Source: Candidatus Woesearchaeota archaeon
GTDB taxonomy: Archaea > Nanobdellota > Nanobdellia > Woesearchaeales > JAZDKJ01
Assembly: GCA_043803105.1 (NCBI GenBank)
Contig: JAZDKJ010000006.1
Location: 96,001 to 160,000, forward strand
Reading direction: 5' to 3'
DNA length: 64,000 nt
Position numbers and translations under genes: made by a program. Below, piece by piece: positions 57,601 to 63,603 of this stretch. Numbering within the stretch: the first letter of the stretch is position 1; every line of letters begins with the position of its first letter. The notes under the pieces are model-generated. The model was given only the letters and a program-made list of their open reading frames with translations, ran no database searches and was not told the origin of the DNA.

Positions 57601-58717
57601 TGGGCTCAACACCACCAACACAACAATCGTGTTCAACTGGCTTGCGACCGACAGGGTTGACACAAACATCTCATGCAATTTCAGCCTCAATGGAGTCTTC
57701 AAGTCAAAGGTCTACAGTGTTAACAGCAAGCAGTCGAATTACACACTTGCCAATCCTGCTGCTGGCTTCAACTACTGGAATGTCACCTGTATTGATGATG
57801 CCAACAATTCCAACAAGAGCCAGACAAGGTTTGTTGTAGTTGTAAAGGCTCCACAAACCTTTATGGTCATGCTTGCACCTGACAACCGTAGTGTGAGCCT
57901 TAATTGGTCAAATGCCAGTTATTCTGATTACTATGCAGTCTATATTGGCAAGAACCAGACATATTTCTACTCTACACCAAATATTACCCTCTCGAAGGTT
58001 TTGAACTGGACTGACCAAAGCTCTGCGTCCTCTCTAATTAGGTTCTATAGGATTGCTGTTGTAAGGGGAGATGCAAGAAAATTCCATAACAACACTGTCG
58101 GAAAGCACCTTGTTACTCTCTATCCTGATTGGAATATGGTGAGTCTGCCGCTCATATTGGCAAATTCTGAGCTGAAGAACCAGACCAATAATGGCTATGA
58201 CCCGCTCTTTAAGCCCTCCCATTGTGTTAAAGAGATTTGGCGTTATAACTCCACAATGTCTGCTTTGTGGGAGGAAACAGTTTACGAGGGCAGCTACTGG
58301 CTTCCTGGCTCAGGGAGCACTAACTTTACCAGCCTTGACCGCGTGGCTGGTTACTGGTTCTACAACAATCTTACGCAGAACTGCAATTACACTGTTGTGG
58401 GCAGTCTGCCAACCTCCAATACTACAGTGCATCTCAATTCTGACTATAATCTTGTTGGTTGGAATTCTGAGGACTCATCGCTCTTGCCAACGAACGCACA
58501 GCCAGATTATCCGCTTCAAATTGCCCCTGTGAACTCGATCAAGTATGCCTATTATTATGATTCTGTCATTGACCAGTTTAAGGGTTCAATTCACTATGAC
58601 AACTGGGGTTGGTGGCCCTCTTCTGCACCTAGAAACCTGCTCGGTCTTGAGCCAGGAAAATCCTATTATCTCAAGACCTTGCGCAAATCCAATTGGACTT
58701 TGAGGTCGATAAAATGA
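42674..58717 (+). CDS. Giant secreted surface protein 2 (5347 aa): many Ig-like repeats, DUF2341-like/lectin-like insert, duplicated C-terminal WN/YN-motif domain
   Basis: Signal peptide, sequon-rich N-terminus, Pro/Ser linker and many YxWxVxCxD repeats. The C-terminus reads LYPDWNMVSLP...GYWFY...LNSDYNLVGW...PGKSYYL. There is no C-terminal TM. Confidence 0.93.
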   Translation: MRSVQKMILPLIFLLVLVLVSASDYENASFSNITMLNCTDSSEMQVNQTINISISAQANLSSLANVSLFGNLSLPGNLSDAGNWSNASSFTANETQPINWTNANVINSTNLSANITLNQSMNGLNSPNSSSVQAASSLCDRISVFREQASIAGPKKTIAVHLVLLSQEFVPQFVFDESVPANWQVLDYSGSLPYSIVNSSHLLYRLSNLTGLQIFGYRILAPEAQGNYTFAASLNFVNQSCPLPLHKVEVVRSRASFEVGISSNRSLPLLDFSLLNFSVRNIGDKSVEDYHTFFYWYYNKTVFDILWVEKNCRLAHGLLSCEWNTFLENETKFFSIAILPKLASPQFVKSNITYDPPEQPAKVSVLKRITGLFSSVFSLLKEFFVRLFSGGITGEVVKEVGPDKENKNETRPAPNVSLPETVPTIEPPAAPNRTELPASVPEPAQPVKKVTQISGSGSSSSSSSGSNHHPEEPKAPPEAPKKIWYTSVAYNFLRASNVSTNQSRLPAVEIFDSNHHRVEATELIEQNSYGSYDISFSFSSGATLEILNLSAGFDHSKAIGFEEFVPAQHSNLESFSRVISIDPSSFNFTHAVLRYTALGTKLFKCADWNFTLQKCLGSWENVMNLTPGQEYSVLFNNLDPAFAEASVSGPKKLRRHDFKSFENPIFEINMTSNITSYLLNPDGDMQRLPDSNVLRKGFSSFEITVDSRRYFRPGLYKLLVYSGNASYEQNFTWGVLAVNTQKSIYNQNELAKIGMAVLDDLGKMVCNANVTLLITSPDNLTTVLSTDNALIKVSPECAVYGITELPDYYANYTTTIPGTYSLNLTAVTFNGVRSVSDSFIVGKSDFDVSRKTATRIFPFVPYIVNISITANHNYKGTISDFVPSVFAINPQSGLTISELGDTKSLSWDVDLKKGDTLSLAYEYDAPDTSPMFYLLGKLQIGSWQEYRYWQIASDAGCSANNINAPVSPLKCAVDSSFSMNCTVVVNGKDTFTQHAQYSLGSSYPVITGTSVHMDTFSSNPVSHSSSGTVTDVWTVNCRFPGVYAVRCNVVCGTNTTSSTRQVNITDAYPHWSANKTDYPSTYSKTTQTKFNVTWADNKGISLARIELNFSGSKVNYTMNRITGSVTEGVYNFSRVFKVGSYQWKGFANDTFNQKNSTPVWRFNIVRATPVLNITINRTRRNWTVQERSSLWLNGSIVVGESPYIELYLNSTKINNRSSPAANYTYFRKPGRYNVTAKVPQTQNYTAAQTIILFINVTDASPPNITLLLPLNKSFSNNGNVNFTFNVADYSNIANCSLYYGTSLITVNKTVNKAITQRFVKTGLAVDVYDWKIRCFDVLGYSSNSTVWRVIVDKTAPAVVLSSPVNRSFSSTGTVQQSYTLTETNKDRCILYTNYSSVWKVNQSQVPVSGSNSFVAKTVPEGTYIWNVWCNDSAKFSSWHYINWTIFVDMYKPKINFTGPTPANRTNLSTRNVVINVTLFDKNPNTFILNWNGTNQSIKPYGTYVNISKTLNDGVYSYYAVANDSFGQTNNTGKRILIIDATAPRLYLRQPSNRTWINNNSVKFEYNITENLAGLKNCSLIINNKLNRTNTTVQLGITQYFRVNLSNSLGYNWMINCSDKFRNRNSSPLRLIKVDSAFPTVKDEKSNTSGTVGIGSTVCLNLTTSDAFSGVRNVTVELDLPATGKKNYSFSNATGGCGGAGASVWSQKIACTETGSYAWVRTFVYDNAVNKNTTVPSIAVAWSAVTQIFLNINMSKPKVNFELNESKTSRNSSFLQNCNVTCNQSSTGSCEGVLIYAQYKYGTWIELNKTTTLLTNSLNFKNCSTLAKGQNCSQSFNITVGKNSGANTFGLRCMVYSANGGTIFSKTQINLTIDDFPVARFTSPLNRSYLRSKVRLNASSSSDDKSIVSYSFEIDNNAAFSHPSTLCVTTNKNCTLNTTSQTQCSENSWACFLRLNVTDISSLKNSTIINVQIDNAKPTVRLNLPSTSSWSASPSVSLKYTPTDQNLAYCVLYDNSSGFAAVQTHGSITSGSEDTFTDSLADGSYKWNVRCNDSAGNFAFNNTNRTFSVDTTYPKLVYAGGTLANNSFAGQDYVYVNVSVNEKNTANLTFYLYNVSRKLVNSTFRSAGSRSVNFTKLNPNSVYYFNVSVLDKAGNRNRTILRKITLDNTRPKIVYGLGTSQNGVFVNRNWIYVNVSVTETNFNNITFYLYNISGLVNRTNYTSSSFFINFTNLKNTNMVYFYNVTVRDKSGFSNSTVKRNITLDTTLPSVKLLQPSNANITRGNTNLRFNFSVIDTNIKNCSLYSNFSGAYKLNQTNTTVRNGTKTVFKPLTLQSGTYLWNVRCYDMAGNNAFNKTNWTLQVDISAPSAFILRYPVNGKVSKVLTPLLNWSPTVEAHFKNYTVRVSENKNFASINYIYSNRRNISNTSYQVSSAWTANRVFFWRVTAYDTLGFYTNATQDFNYTTDTISPRTRLQRPLNNSVWTSSNLVQFIFNATDSNPIANCTLLVNGVTSSVSPVSNNTATVIQRSLANGNYKWYVNCTDIGGNVNKSLTRNVSVKVQIPIITFFESYGSSGAPTIDLNYTQDQTPNSYAKVCVKNSENTLVTATTVQGVKVNGFLIKASQPINFSGSFSGAQNAYISWRLYYNNGTQEPLIAQDGDRQLGGTLYTATAQSTVSSKRNSTPSQDIHLGPNDKVKIINYLYYSTGANVEYTHYWDNSQSFVKLYGYILGWLKTNLSAPLTDPAPAESAQFNATCNISCSSGYCMGTEVTIQTRPNPSSPWSTISYSSGNIRLYSIAASNPQSAGNFNGSAKRNFTLVAYAISRNNQLRCLANSTYSSVAGSLLTTVTVRDITKPSASLVSPANASFSSSGNLTLGYIPKDNYNVSNCSLVINRKLNQTNKTITEDLTNYFRVKNLGSGRYNWSVNCTDSFANKNNSISWLVIVDRTRPLIRFNNGTAKNNTFASRNYIFVNVSAFDANEANITFYLYNSSKNLVNLTTKQAGSRSINFTKLNSNMVYYYNVSIRDKANNYNNTRTRKITLDTTPPTSRLDAPSTGSWTRTNPQFTYTPYDANLDACKVYHNASGIFKANASNTNVVSTQQSSFTVALSDGSHKWTIWCNDTAGNYAFNSTNRTILVDKTVPKIFFGSNTEPADTYFNRDWIYVNTTVLELHESNITFKLFNETKLLNLTTLAAGTRSINFTKLASNKDYYYNVTAVDLAGNSNSTLTRKLTLDSTFPTIQLASPGDREADPDGLLTMSYIPDDPLSPHLDNCELFGNFSGSWKLNQTDISPREQVTNSFLEMSLPYGTYIWNVRCNDSAGNSNWSASNFTVFVDNIAPVVLLLSPKNASYTSNSVLTFEYSFSEAHEEVCILWSNFSGTWKKNETDPTPRPDSVNSIEAHAPDGSYKWNIWCNDSAGNHAFNNTNRTLFVDRVPPKIFYAGGTESNNSFMSRNWLFVNVSIIDPNKANVTFYLYNSTKKLVNLTVLTGSSHSINFTKLNGNMVYFYNVTAADRANNKNSTVLRKLTLDSTKPRSSYLYPTPPENWNQSSTTVVINVSHIDVNPNTFIFTWNTSVEASKPYIGNYTNITKQNLVDGVYTYYMWSDDKAGNVNQTRTRTLRVDTKPPLVQLRLPLNNKWINTENLTFWFNVSDQLLSVANCTLLINGSVNQTNRTIRKDILQSFKVKGLRDSGYSWQVNCSDSINNRNGSPVRITKIDLTYPTIELMSANVTKINITQTLCLNATVFDALSGVNQTWAIVRAPNSIQFKVPLTHGATSCNKVNNPDVYSSTYKVTNVGIYNWTFTWANDTASNKNSTYTGIIWNSTSIGTITVNATKPSINLRLNESEPGRNYTFELNCKAYCDDKPQNCTNVTLYPMYNYSDISDINSTSPFLRSHNNSYNLGNLTAGGSPKNYTFVIRTTTDSGHTSWSVFCRATSNIVGTYYSKRQMNISVNDHPHAFFTYPSNASWLARTERLNASASIDEGSIISYSFELDNNVAFSSPTTLCASQSKNCSFNTITQGQCAEQSTACFLRLNVTDNEGLRNDYRLSIGIDNIGPTSVLDILRNFTNISQSSVNVNASVTDLGSGVDTVVFKYRQNTTSAWNTACVKRGLPYQCAWNLAGLADSKAYQLRVFSNDSKSNLGLNSTHSNITIDKTPPKIMIQSPVNNSWNNTVIVFFFNATDRTSRMKNCSLVINNKVNLTQNATAVRMNFSQQFAEGAYNWRINCTDYSGNTNTTKARIFHVDTTGPVLVLDRPRSFYNTSRALIPLNASVSDSGIGVKVAVYEYRQNSSSSWIPACNSSVAPFNCTWNSASLPDSNQYAIRAKAFDLLDNNGSLSIHYNITIDRTNPIIRLIGPLNNSRDIDGKVIFLYNVTDALSKISNCSLIIDQKLNRTNKTVTKGVQQYFRVTGIVDGFHKWSINCTDKVGNKAYSLTYNLSVFPDTEAPVVRLVSPSNRSIYTRNTVLFVYNVTDMWSGIKNCSLYIGSRLNKSSNNVPRGLLQTFTTNLGDGNYSWSVKCFDNSTGYFNMGSSLKYNLSVIKATSIIVSVVPEHTLFEKGEIARFNISTHDRFNNLLETNITTDIVTSNTSLPWWNTSFKYRSQINITPRQLLEANYTMNHTLNTMALINASKMRQDALDLRVVWWDNETNSWKHLARILRNINKTTTEVMFRIQRNITSKNYFYYVYYGNSTVSSAPSSRSEIFFFYDSFTANTLGNYSLASSFDDSNEDQNSTLRYDSSKRHLNYTSSAGNGKSIRMMSKPIKDAIIEVRQNYQQKNGLYAKLELGTLVSGSSYYYFWASTNNYPSELGRYNDGSKTFSTTSDTQYTDFNVNHLLTFIVYSNDTTVFLKSFVDGSALISYNDSSAQRLLGPGGFGPGAFQFNGSWDNISVRRFVKNLPLTGNLKEERFVFRSSNSSGKDALWTMSWNTASASLGNYSAVSLAANSNYLNGVGYASFRLGPDLSPPVITPLLPVHGLNTTNTTIVFNWLATDRVDTNISCNFSLNGVFKSKVYSVNSKQSNYTLANPAAGFNYWNVTCIDDANNSNKSQTRFVVVVKAPQTFMVMLAPDNRSVSLNWSNASYSDYYAVYIGKNQTYFYSTPNITLSKVLNWTDQSSASSLIRFYRIAVVRGDARKFHNNTVGKHLVTLYPDWNMVSLPLILANSELKNQTNNGYDPLFKPSHCVKEIWRYNSTMSALWEETVYEGSYWLPGSGSTNFTSLDRVAGYWFYNNLTQNCNYTVVGSLPTSNTTVHLNSDYNLVGWNSEDSSLLPTNAQPDYPLQIAPVNSIKYAYYYDSVIDQFKGSIHYDNWGWWPSSAPRNLLGLEPGKSYYLKTLRKSNWTLRSIK

Positions 58718-61700
58718 GGCTTTGTGCTTTCGGATTGATTTGCCTTTTGATGATTCCTGGAGCCTTTGCCCTTGTATCACCTCATGGAATCACTGGCAAA
58801 GTGCTTGAGCTTGACGGCCTGACTCAGGTGCGGGGCACCACATACTTTACAGTCAACAACACTAATAATGGTTTCTTCCTTTCAGGCATGGTCGGTCGCG
58901 GCCAGTCTACAGGAAAGTATCTCGCTGCCTTGAATGGAAAAGACGGAGACCTAATAACAATAAAGGTCTCAAATGATTATCATTTGGCATCACGCTCTAT
59001 TATCCTCCAAGGTGTAATGCACAATGTTGATCTTTTACTGAACACCACAATGCCGATTAACCCTCCGCAGTTTACTTCTGTGCCAATAACAGGTGCCCTT
59101 GAAGATTCACTTTATCTGTACAAGGCTTTTGTTTATGACCCTGATCTGGACACCATTGAATACTCTCTTTCAACGGCCCCTGCTTCAATGCAGGTAAACT
59201 CTACCTCAGGCCTGATAAGCTGGCTGCCAACTGGCAATGATGTGGGTTCGCATACAATTGTTGTCAAGGCCGATGACGGAATCTTTTCAGTTAACCAGTC
59301 ATTTGTCTTGATTGTGCAAAACGTTAACGACCCCCCAATAATCAGCTCGTCCCCAATCATAACTGCAACAGAGGACTATCCATACTTCTATCAGCTGAAC
59401 GCCAGTGACGAAGACAGCGCAAGCTTGTCATATCTCTTGGTTGTCGGCCCAAAAGGTATGTTTATTGACCAAGCATCAGGTCTGCTCCGATGGATTCCAA
59501 CAAATTCAGATATAGGAATAAATCCTGTTAGGCTTTTGGTTGATGACTCTGATGGTGGCCAAGCCTTCCAGGATTTCAACATTACAGTAGCCCCTGTGGA
59601 TGACCCTCCAGTCTTTATTTCAATTCCTGATATTTCTTCCACTCAAGGCTATCCTTATTCGTACCAGGTCCAGGTCATTGACGAGGAAAATGATGAATTG
59701 TTTTTTTCCTTGGCATCGAGCCCAGAGGGAATGTCTATCAGCCAGTCAGGTCTTGTCATTTTCACTCCCTCAAGTTCCCAGGTTGGAAGTTTTTTTGTCT
59801 CCATTATCGTAAGCGAATCCGCACACACAATTTCCCAAAACTACACCCTCTTTGTAGAGGACGTGAATGATGCTCCAATCATAACCTCAATCCCGATGCT
59901 GGTTGCGGTGCAAGGCAGCAATTACAAATACATGGTGCTGGCATTTGACCCGGATCAGGACAATCTTTCATATTCTTTGGGAACTGCTCCTGCAACAATG
60001 CAGATAGATTCCAAAACCGGTTTGATAAACTGGACTCCTGCAAATGATGATGTCGGCTTGCACAATATCACTGTTTTTGTTAGCGACTATAATTCATCTG
60101 CCATGCAATCATTTGTTCTCACTGTCTTGAATGTCAACGATGCTCCGCGAATCGTCTCCGCACCTGTCTTGTCTGCAACACAGGGTGTTTCGTATTCGTA
60201 TCAGGTCATTGCGTCTGATATTGATAATGATCCTCTTTCATTCAGTCTTCTTTCAAGTCCAAAAGGCATGACAATAGATTCAAGCACAGGCCTGATTATC
60301 TGGACTCCAACTGCTTGGCAGGTTTCTTCGTACAACATTACTGTCGTGGTTTCTGATGGTCTGCTCACAGACCAGCAATCTTTTGTTCTGTATGTCCAGA
60401 ATGTTAACGATGCGCCAACAATAACCTCTGAGCCCATAACAATCGCAAATGTTGGTGTGCAATACACCTATCAGGTAAATTCGACGGATTTTGACCATGA
60501 TATATTGACCTATTCTTTGCTTGCCAAGCCTTCAACCATGAGTATAGAGCCATTGACTGGTTTGATTACCTGGCTTCCAAAGCACAAGGACCGTGGCCTG
60601 CATTACATTACTGTGATGGTTAATGATAGTTCACTCGTTTCTGTTCAGACCTATCCCTTGGTTGTGCTTGACGATAATTCATGCCGCAAATCGTGTTACG
60701 AAGTCTCAGATGCAATTTTGCAGGTCTCTGCCACAGCATATTCTAGCTGCAAAACAATTGCCTCAGATGATTTAGATTCCTGCTCTAAATCCTGTGCTGG
60801 CTGTAGTTCATGCAAGCAGTCATATTTCTCTTCCCTGCACTCCTGCTCCTCATCCTACAAAACCTCCCTTTCAGGAGCTGATGAGGTTGAGCAATCTTGC
60901 CTTGATGCCTGCATCGGCGAGTCGCTCAATCTTCAGTCTTACAGTTACAGCGTTGACAATACCTCCATAATTTCTCTTGATGTGCTATCAAGTCAAAAAC
61001 CACTCACTGAAGTCCGTGAGCTTGATTCCAGGCCGCTTGACAGCTCTCCTCCAGGTGCCACTGTCTTCAAGTATTTGGCAATTGACCAGATTGACGATGC
61101 TTCGATTAGTTCTGCGAATATTACTTTCTATGTCGAAAGGCTTTGGCTTGTTGAGCACGGTCTTATAGCATCTGATATAGTTCTCACCCACTTCCACAAC
61201 AATACCTGGATTGTCCTGCCCACAATCTTGCTCTACTCTGATGAATCAAGGTTCTATTATCGCGCAACAACACCCTCATTTTCTTATTTTGCAATTGCCT
61301 CAAGCCACCTGTCACCGAAGATTAGCGATGTCTCGACAAGTAGGCTCATACGCGTGCCGATTGTCATGTCAGGCATCCTTTTCGCCCCTGATTCGACAGA
61401 ACTCCCTAGAGGCACACACTTTGTGATTTTTAACAGGAACAGTAACAAGACTGTTGAGGCCTTTACCGGAGGCCCGTCACCTGGTGCTTTCTTTATTCTT
61501 GTTGAAGGCAATCCTGGGGATGAGCTTGTATTCAGCGTAGAAGGGTTTCCAGATGCAATTCTGGCCAGCCCTGGCGATGTTGACCTTGGAAAATTCAGGC
61601 TTGACCCTGTTAATAATAAGGTTGTTTTGGAGATGCAAAAGGTCTCAAGCGAAGTGCCTCAGCCTGCAGCAGATGTTGTTTCCGAAGTTGTTTCTTCTGT

Positions 61701-61794
61701 CAAATCCATGAATCCGGTTTTCTCCCTTGTTGTGCTCTGCGCATCTTTCCTTGCAGTCTACGCCTTTGTTCGTTTTAGGAGGAAAAATGATTAA
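58714..61794 (+). CDS. Membrane-anchored surface protein: six cadherin-like/He_PIG repeats, Cys-rich segment, PGF-pre-PGF domain, C-terminal TM
   Basis: Start ATG 58714 (ATGA overlap, signal peptide). Six [ND]xPx[IF]xSxP repeats, YYRATTPSFSYFAI, and a TM followed by RFRRKND. Confidence 0.88.
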   Translation: MRLCAFGLICLLMIPGAFALVSPHGITGKVLELDGLTQVRGTTYFTVNNTNNGFFLSGMVGRGQSTGKYLAALNGKDGDLITIKVSNDYHLASRSIILQGVMHNVDLLLNTTMPINPPQFTSVPITGALEDSLYLYKAFVYDPDLDTIEYSLSTAPASMQVNSTSGLISWLPTGNDVGSHTIVVKADDGIFSVNQSFVLIVQNVNDPPIISSSPIITATEDYPYFYQLNASDEDSASLSYLLVVGPKGMFIDQASGLLRWIPTNSDIGINPVRLLVDDSDGGQAFQDFNITVAPVDDPPVFISIPDISSTQGYPYSYQVQVIDEENDELFFSLASSPEGMSISQSGLVIFTPSSSQVGSFFVSIIVSESAHTISQNYTLFVEDVNDAPIITSIPMLVAVQGSNYKYMVLAFDPDQDNLSYSLGTAPATMQIDSKTGLINWTPANDDVGLHNITVFVSDYNSSAMQSFVLTVLNVNDAPRIVSAPVLSATQGVSYSYQVIASDIDNDPLSFSLLSSPKGMTIDSSTGLIIWTPTAWQVSSYNITVVVSDGLLTDQQSFVLYVQNVNDAPTITSEPITIANVGVQYTYQVNSTDFDHDILTYSLLAKPSTMSIEPLTGLITWLPKHKDRGLHYITVMVNDSSLVSVQTYPLVVLDDNSCRKSCYEVSDAILQVSATAYSSCKTIASDDLDSCSKSCAGCSSCKQSYFSSLHSCSSSYKTSLSGADEVEQSCLDACIGESLNLQSYSYSVDNTSIISLDVLSSQKPLTEVRELDSRPLDSSPPGATVFKYLAIDQIDDASISSANITFYVERLWLVEHGLIASDIVLTHFHNNTWIVLPTILLYSDESRFYYRATTPSFSYFAIASSHLSPKISDVSTSRLIRVPIVMSGILFAPDSTELPRGTHFVIFNRNSNKTVEAFTGGPSPGAFFILVEGNPGDELVFSVEGFPDAILASPGDVDLGKFRLDPVNNKVVLEMQKVSSEVPQPAADVVSEVVSSVKSMNPVFSLVVLCASFLAVYAFVRFRRKND
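59055..60675 (+). repeat. Six tandem ~90-aa cadherin-like Ig repeats
   Basis: Repeat pattern PxxxSxP...YxYxVxAxDxDxDxLxYSL...GLIxWxP...F.L.V. Confidence 0.8.
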
Positions 61795-63541
61795 GGCCTT
61801 GTTTCTCTGCTGTCTTCTTGTGTCCATCGCTGTGCTATGCACTCTCGTTTACGCACCTCCCACACCTCACAGCATGGCTGGCTTTATTTTTACAAGCGGC
61901 AAAAGGCAGGTCCCCTTCAACACACCATTTTCAGTCAACGATACAAATAGCTCTGATTTTATCCGTTCCAGGACAAGCGTTCCGGCTGCAGCCCTCTCTG
62001 GCCGCTATTTTGTTGTGATAAATGGTACAGACAATGATACAATTCTTATGTATGCGTGGAATATAACATACTATGGTAAGACCACCTCAAAGCTCAAGCC
62101 TGATGAGGATAATGTCAATGCCACAATAAACCTTTTGAGGTCCCCTGAGCTCAATATCACAGTCACATTTCCCGCGCAAAATGCGAGCCTGGAGACAGAC
62201 CTGTTTTATAATGTGTCTGCTAGCGCTAAGGTCCTGGGTGCAGATGGTGTATCCTGCAATCTTACCCTAGGTTTTTCTGACACTGGGCCTTTTAACATAA
62301 GTCCTTCTGACAGCGTGACCCATGGCCTTGGAAATCCCTCCAGGGGTTCGACCCTCTCCACTAAATGGAATATTACGGCAGACTCTGTTGGTAATTCTTC
62401 TCTTGTGATTACTGGGAGATGTGCAAACGAAAACCTGAAACTTGAGGCAAACCAATTTGTTTCCCTTTCTGGAATCCAGGCAAAAGACAAGACTCCTCCT
62501 AGGGTCAGGCTAAAGAGCCCTGCAAACAATACTGCCCTGTTCAGGTCAAAGACTGTAGTCTTTTACTACAATGTGACCGATGCCTCTGCCATCAAGAACT
62601 GTACACTGAACATCAACAAGAAGATTAACATGACCAATTCAACGCGGATTGTAAGGAATACAAGATTGAATTTCACCCTGTCTCTCAACAACGGAAGATA
62701 CAATTGGTCTGTTAACTGCACTGATATTTATGGTAATGTTGGCTTTTCAGGTAATTTCAATCTTACCATGAAGGTCCATCCGCCGCTCTTCACTCGCCTT
62801 GCAATAGATGATCCCATAGACCTGGTGTCTGGTGGTCTCATAAACGTGACTTGCAATGCCACAATTTTTGACGAGATTAGTGCTGGAAATATCCTTCTTG
62901 TCAATGCCACTTTTTTTGACTTCTCTCAGGCTAAATCAACCTCTTCTGATGACCGCAATAATCATTACCATAACCATAATTGCTCGAAGATCGCAAACTC
63001 GAGCAATTACCTGAACGTGAGCTGCAAATTCGAGCTTTTCTATTATGCAAACAGCGGCACCTGGATTTGCAACCTGACCGCCTTTAGCACTGACAACCTG
63101 ACCAACCGTTCTTCGGTTAGCACCACTGTTGACGAGTTGTTTGCAGTTGGCGCAGACCCATTTCTGGATTTTGGCAACTTAGGTCCATCGTCTGTTTCCA
63201 CTGACTCAAACCTTAGCCTGGTCAATCTTGGTAACAAGGACATTTTGGTGAGCCTTGAAGGCTATGGCAAGGTTCTTGCAGACAACCTTTCGATGCGCTG
63301 TCCAAAGGGAAACATTTCTGTCGGCTATGAGCATTACTCAGTGTCTTATCAGACTCCCTTCTCTTCAATGACCAACCTGACCTCCGCGCCTGTTCTTGTT
63401 GAAGGCTTTGTCCTGTCCCGCCGGACTAATGACTATATATATACTAATGATACGAATAAGACTTTTTGGAAGCTTGCAATTCCATACGGTCTAAAGGGGG
63501 CCTGTAACGGTACTGTTGTGGTAGGCGCAACACCTACATAA
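61787..63541 (+). CDS. Secreted protein: PPTPH N-terminal domain, Ig repeats, C-terminal pilin/WxL-like beta domain
   Basis: Start ATG 61787 after AGGAGG, with a signal peptide. The first ~300 aa are paralogous to 18238-20394. The C-terminus reads LDFGNLGP...NLGN...WKLAIPYGLKGACNGTVVVGAT. Confidence 0.85.
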   Translation: MIKALFLCCLLVSIAVLCTLVYAPPTPHSMAGFIFTSGKRQVPFNTPFSVNDTNSSDFIRSRTSVPAAALSGRYFVVINGTDNDTILMYAWNITYYGKTTSKLKPDEDNVNATINLLRSPELNITVTFPAQNASLETDLFYNVSASAKVLGADGVSCNLTLGFSDTGPFNISPSDSVTHGLGNPSRGSTLSTKWNITADSVGNSSLVITGRCANENLKLEANQFVSLSGIQAKDKTPPRVRLKSPANNTALFRSKTVVFYYNVTDASAIKNCTLNINKKINMTNSTRIVRNTRLNFTLSLNNGRYNWSVNCTDIYGNVGFSGNFNLTMKVHPPLFTRLAIDDPIDLVSGGLINVTCNATIFDEISAGNILLVNATFFDFSQAKSTSSDDRNNHYHNHNCSKIANSSNYLNVSCKFELFYYANSGTWICNLTAFSTDNLTNRSSVSTTVDELFAVGADPFLDFGNLGPSSVSTDSNLSLVNLGNKDILVSLEGYGKVLADNLSMRCPKGNISVGYEHYSVSYQTPFSSMTNLTSAPVLVEGFVLSRRTNDYIYTNDTNKTFWKLAIPYGLKGACNGTVVVGATPT

Positions 63542-63603
63542 TTCACTAGTAAATCATGACAAAACTTTTTAAACAACAGCCTGCGAATTTCTGTTAGATA
63601 CCT

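Noticed and set aside
42674-58717. Giant ORF length as an assembly artefact of collapsed or expanded repeats
   Set aside because: The repeats are strongly diverged at the DNA level, and the frame stays open with a coherent signal peptide and terminal domains.
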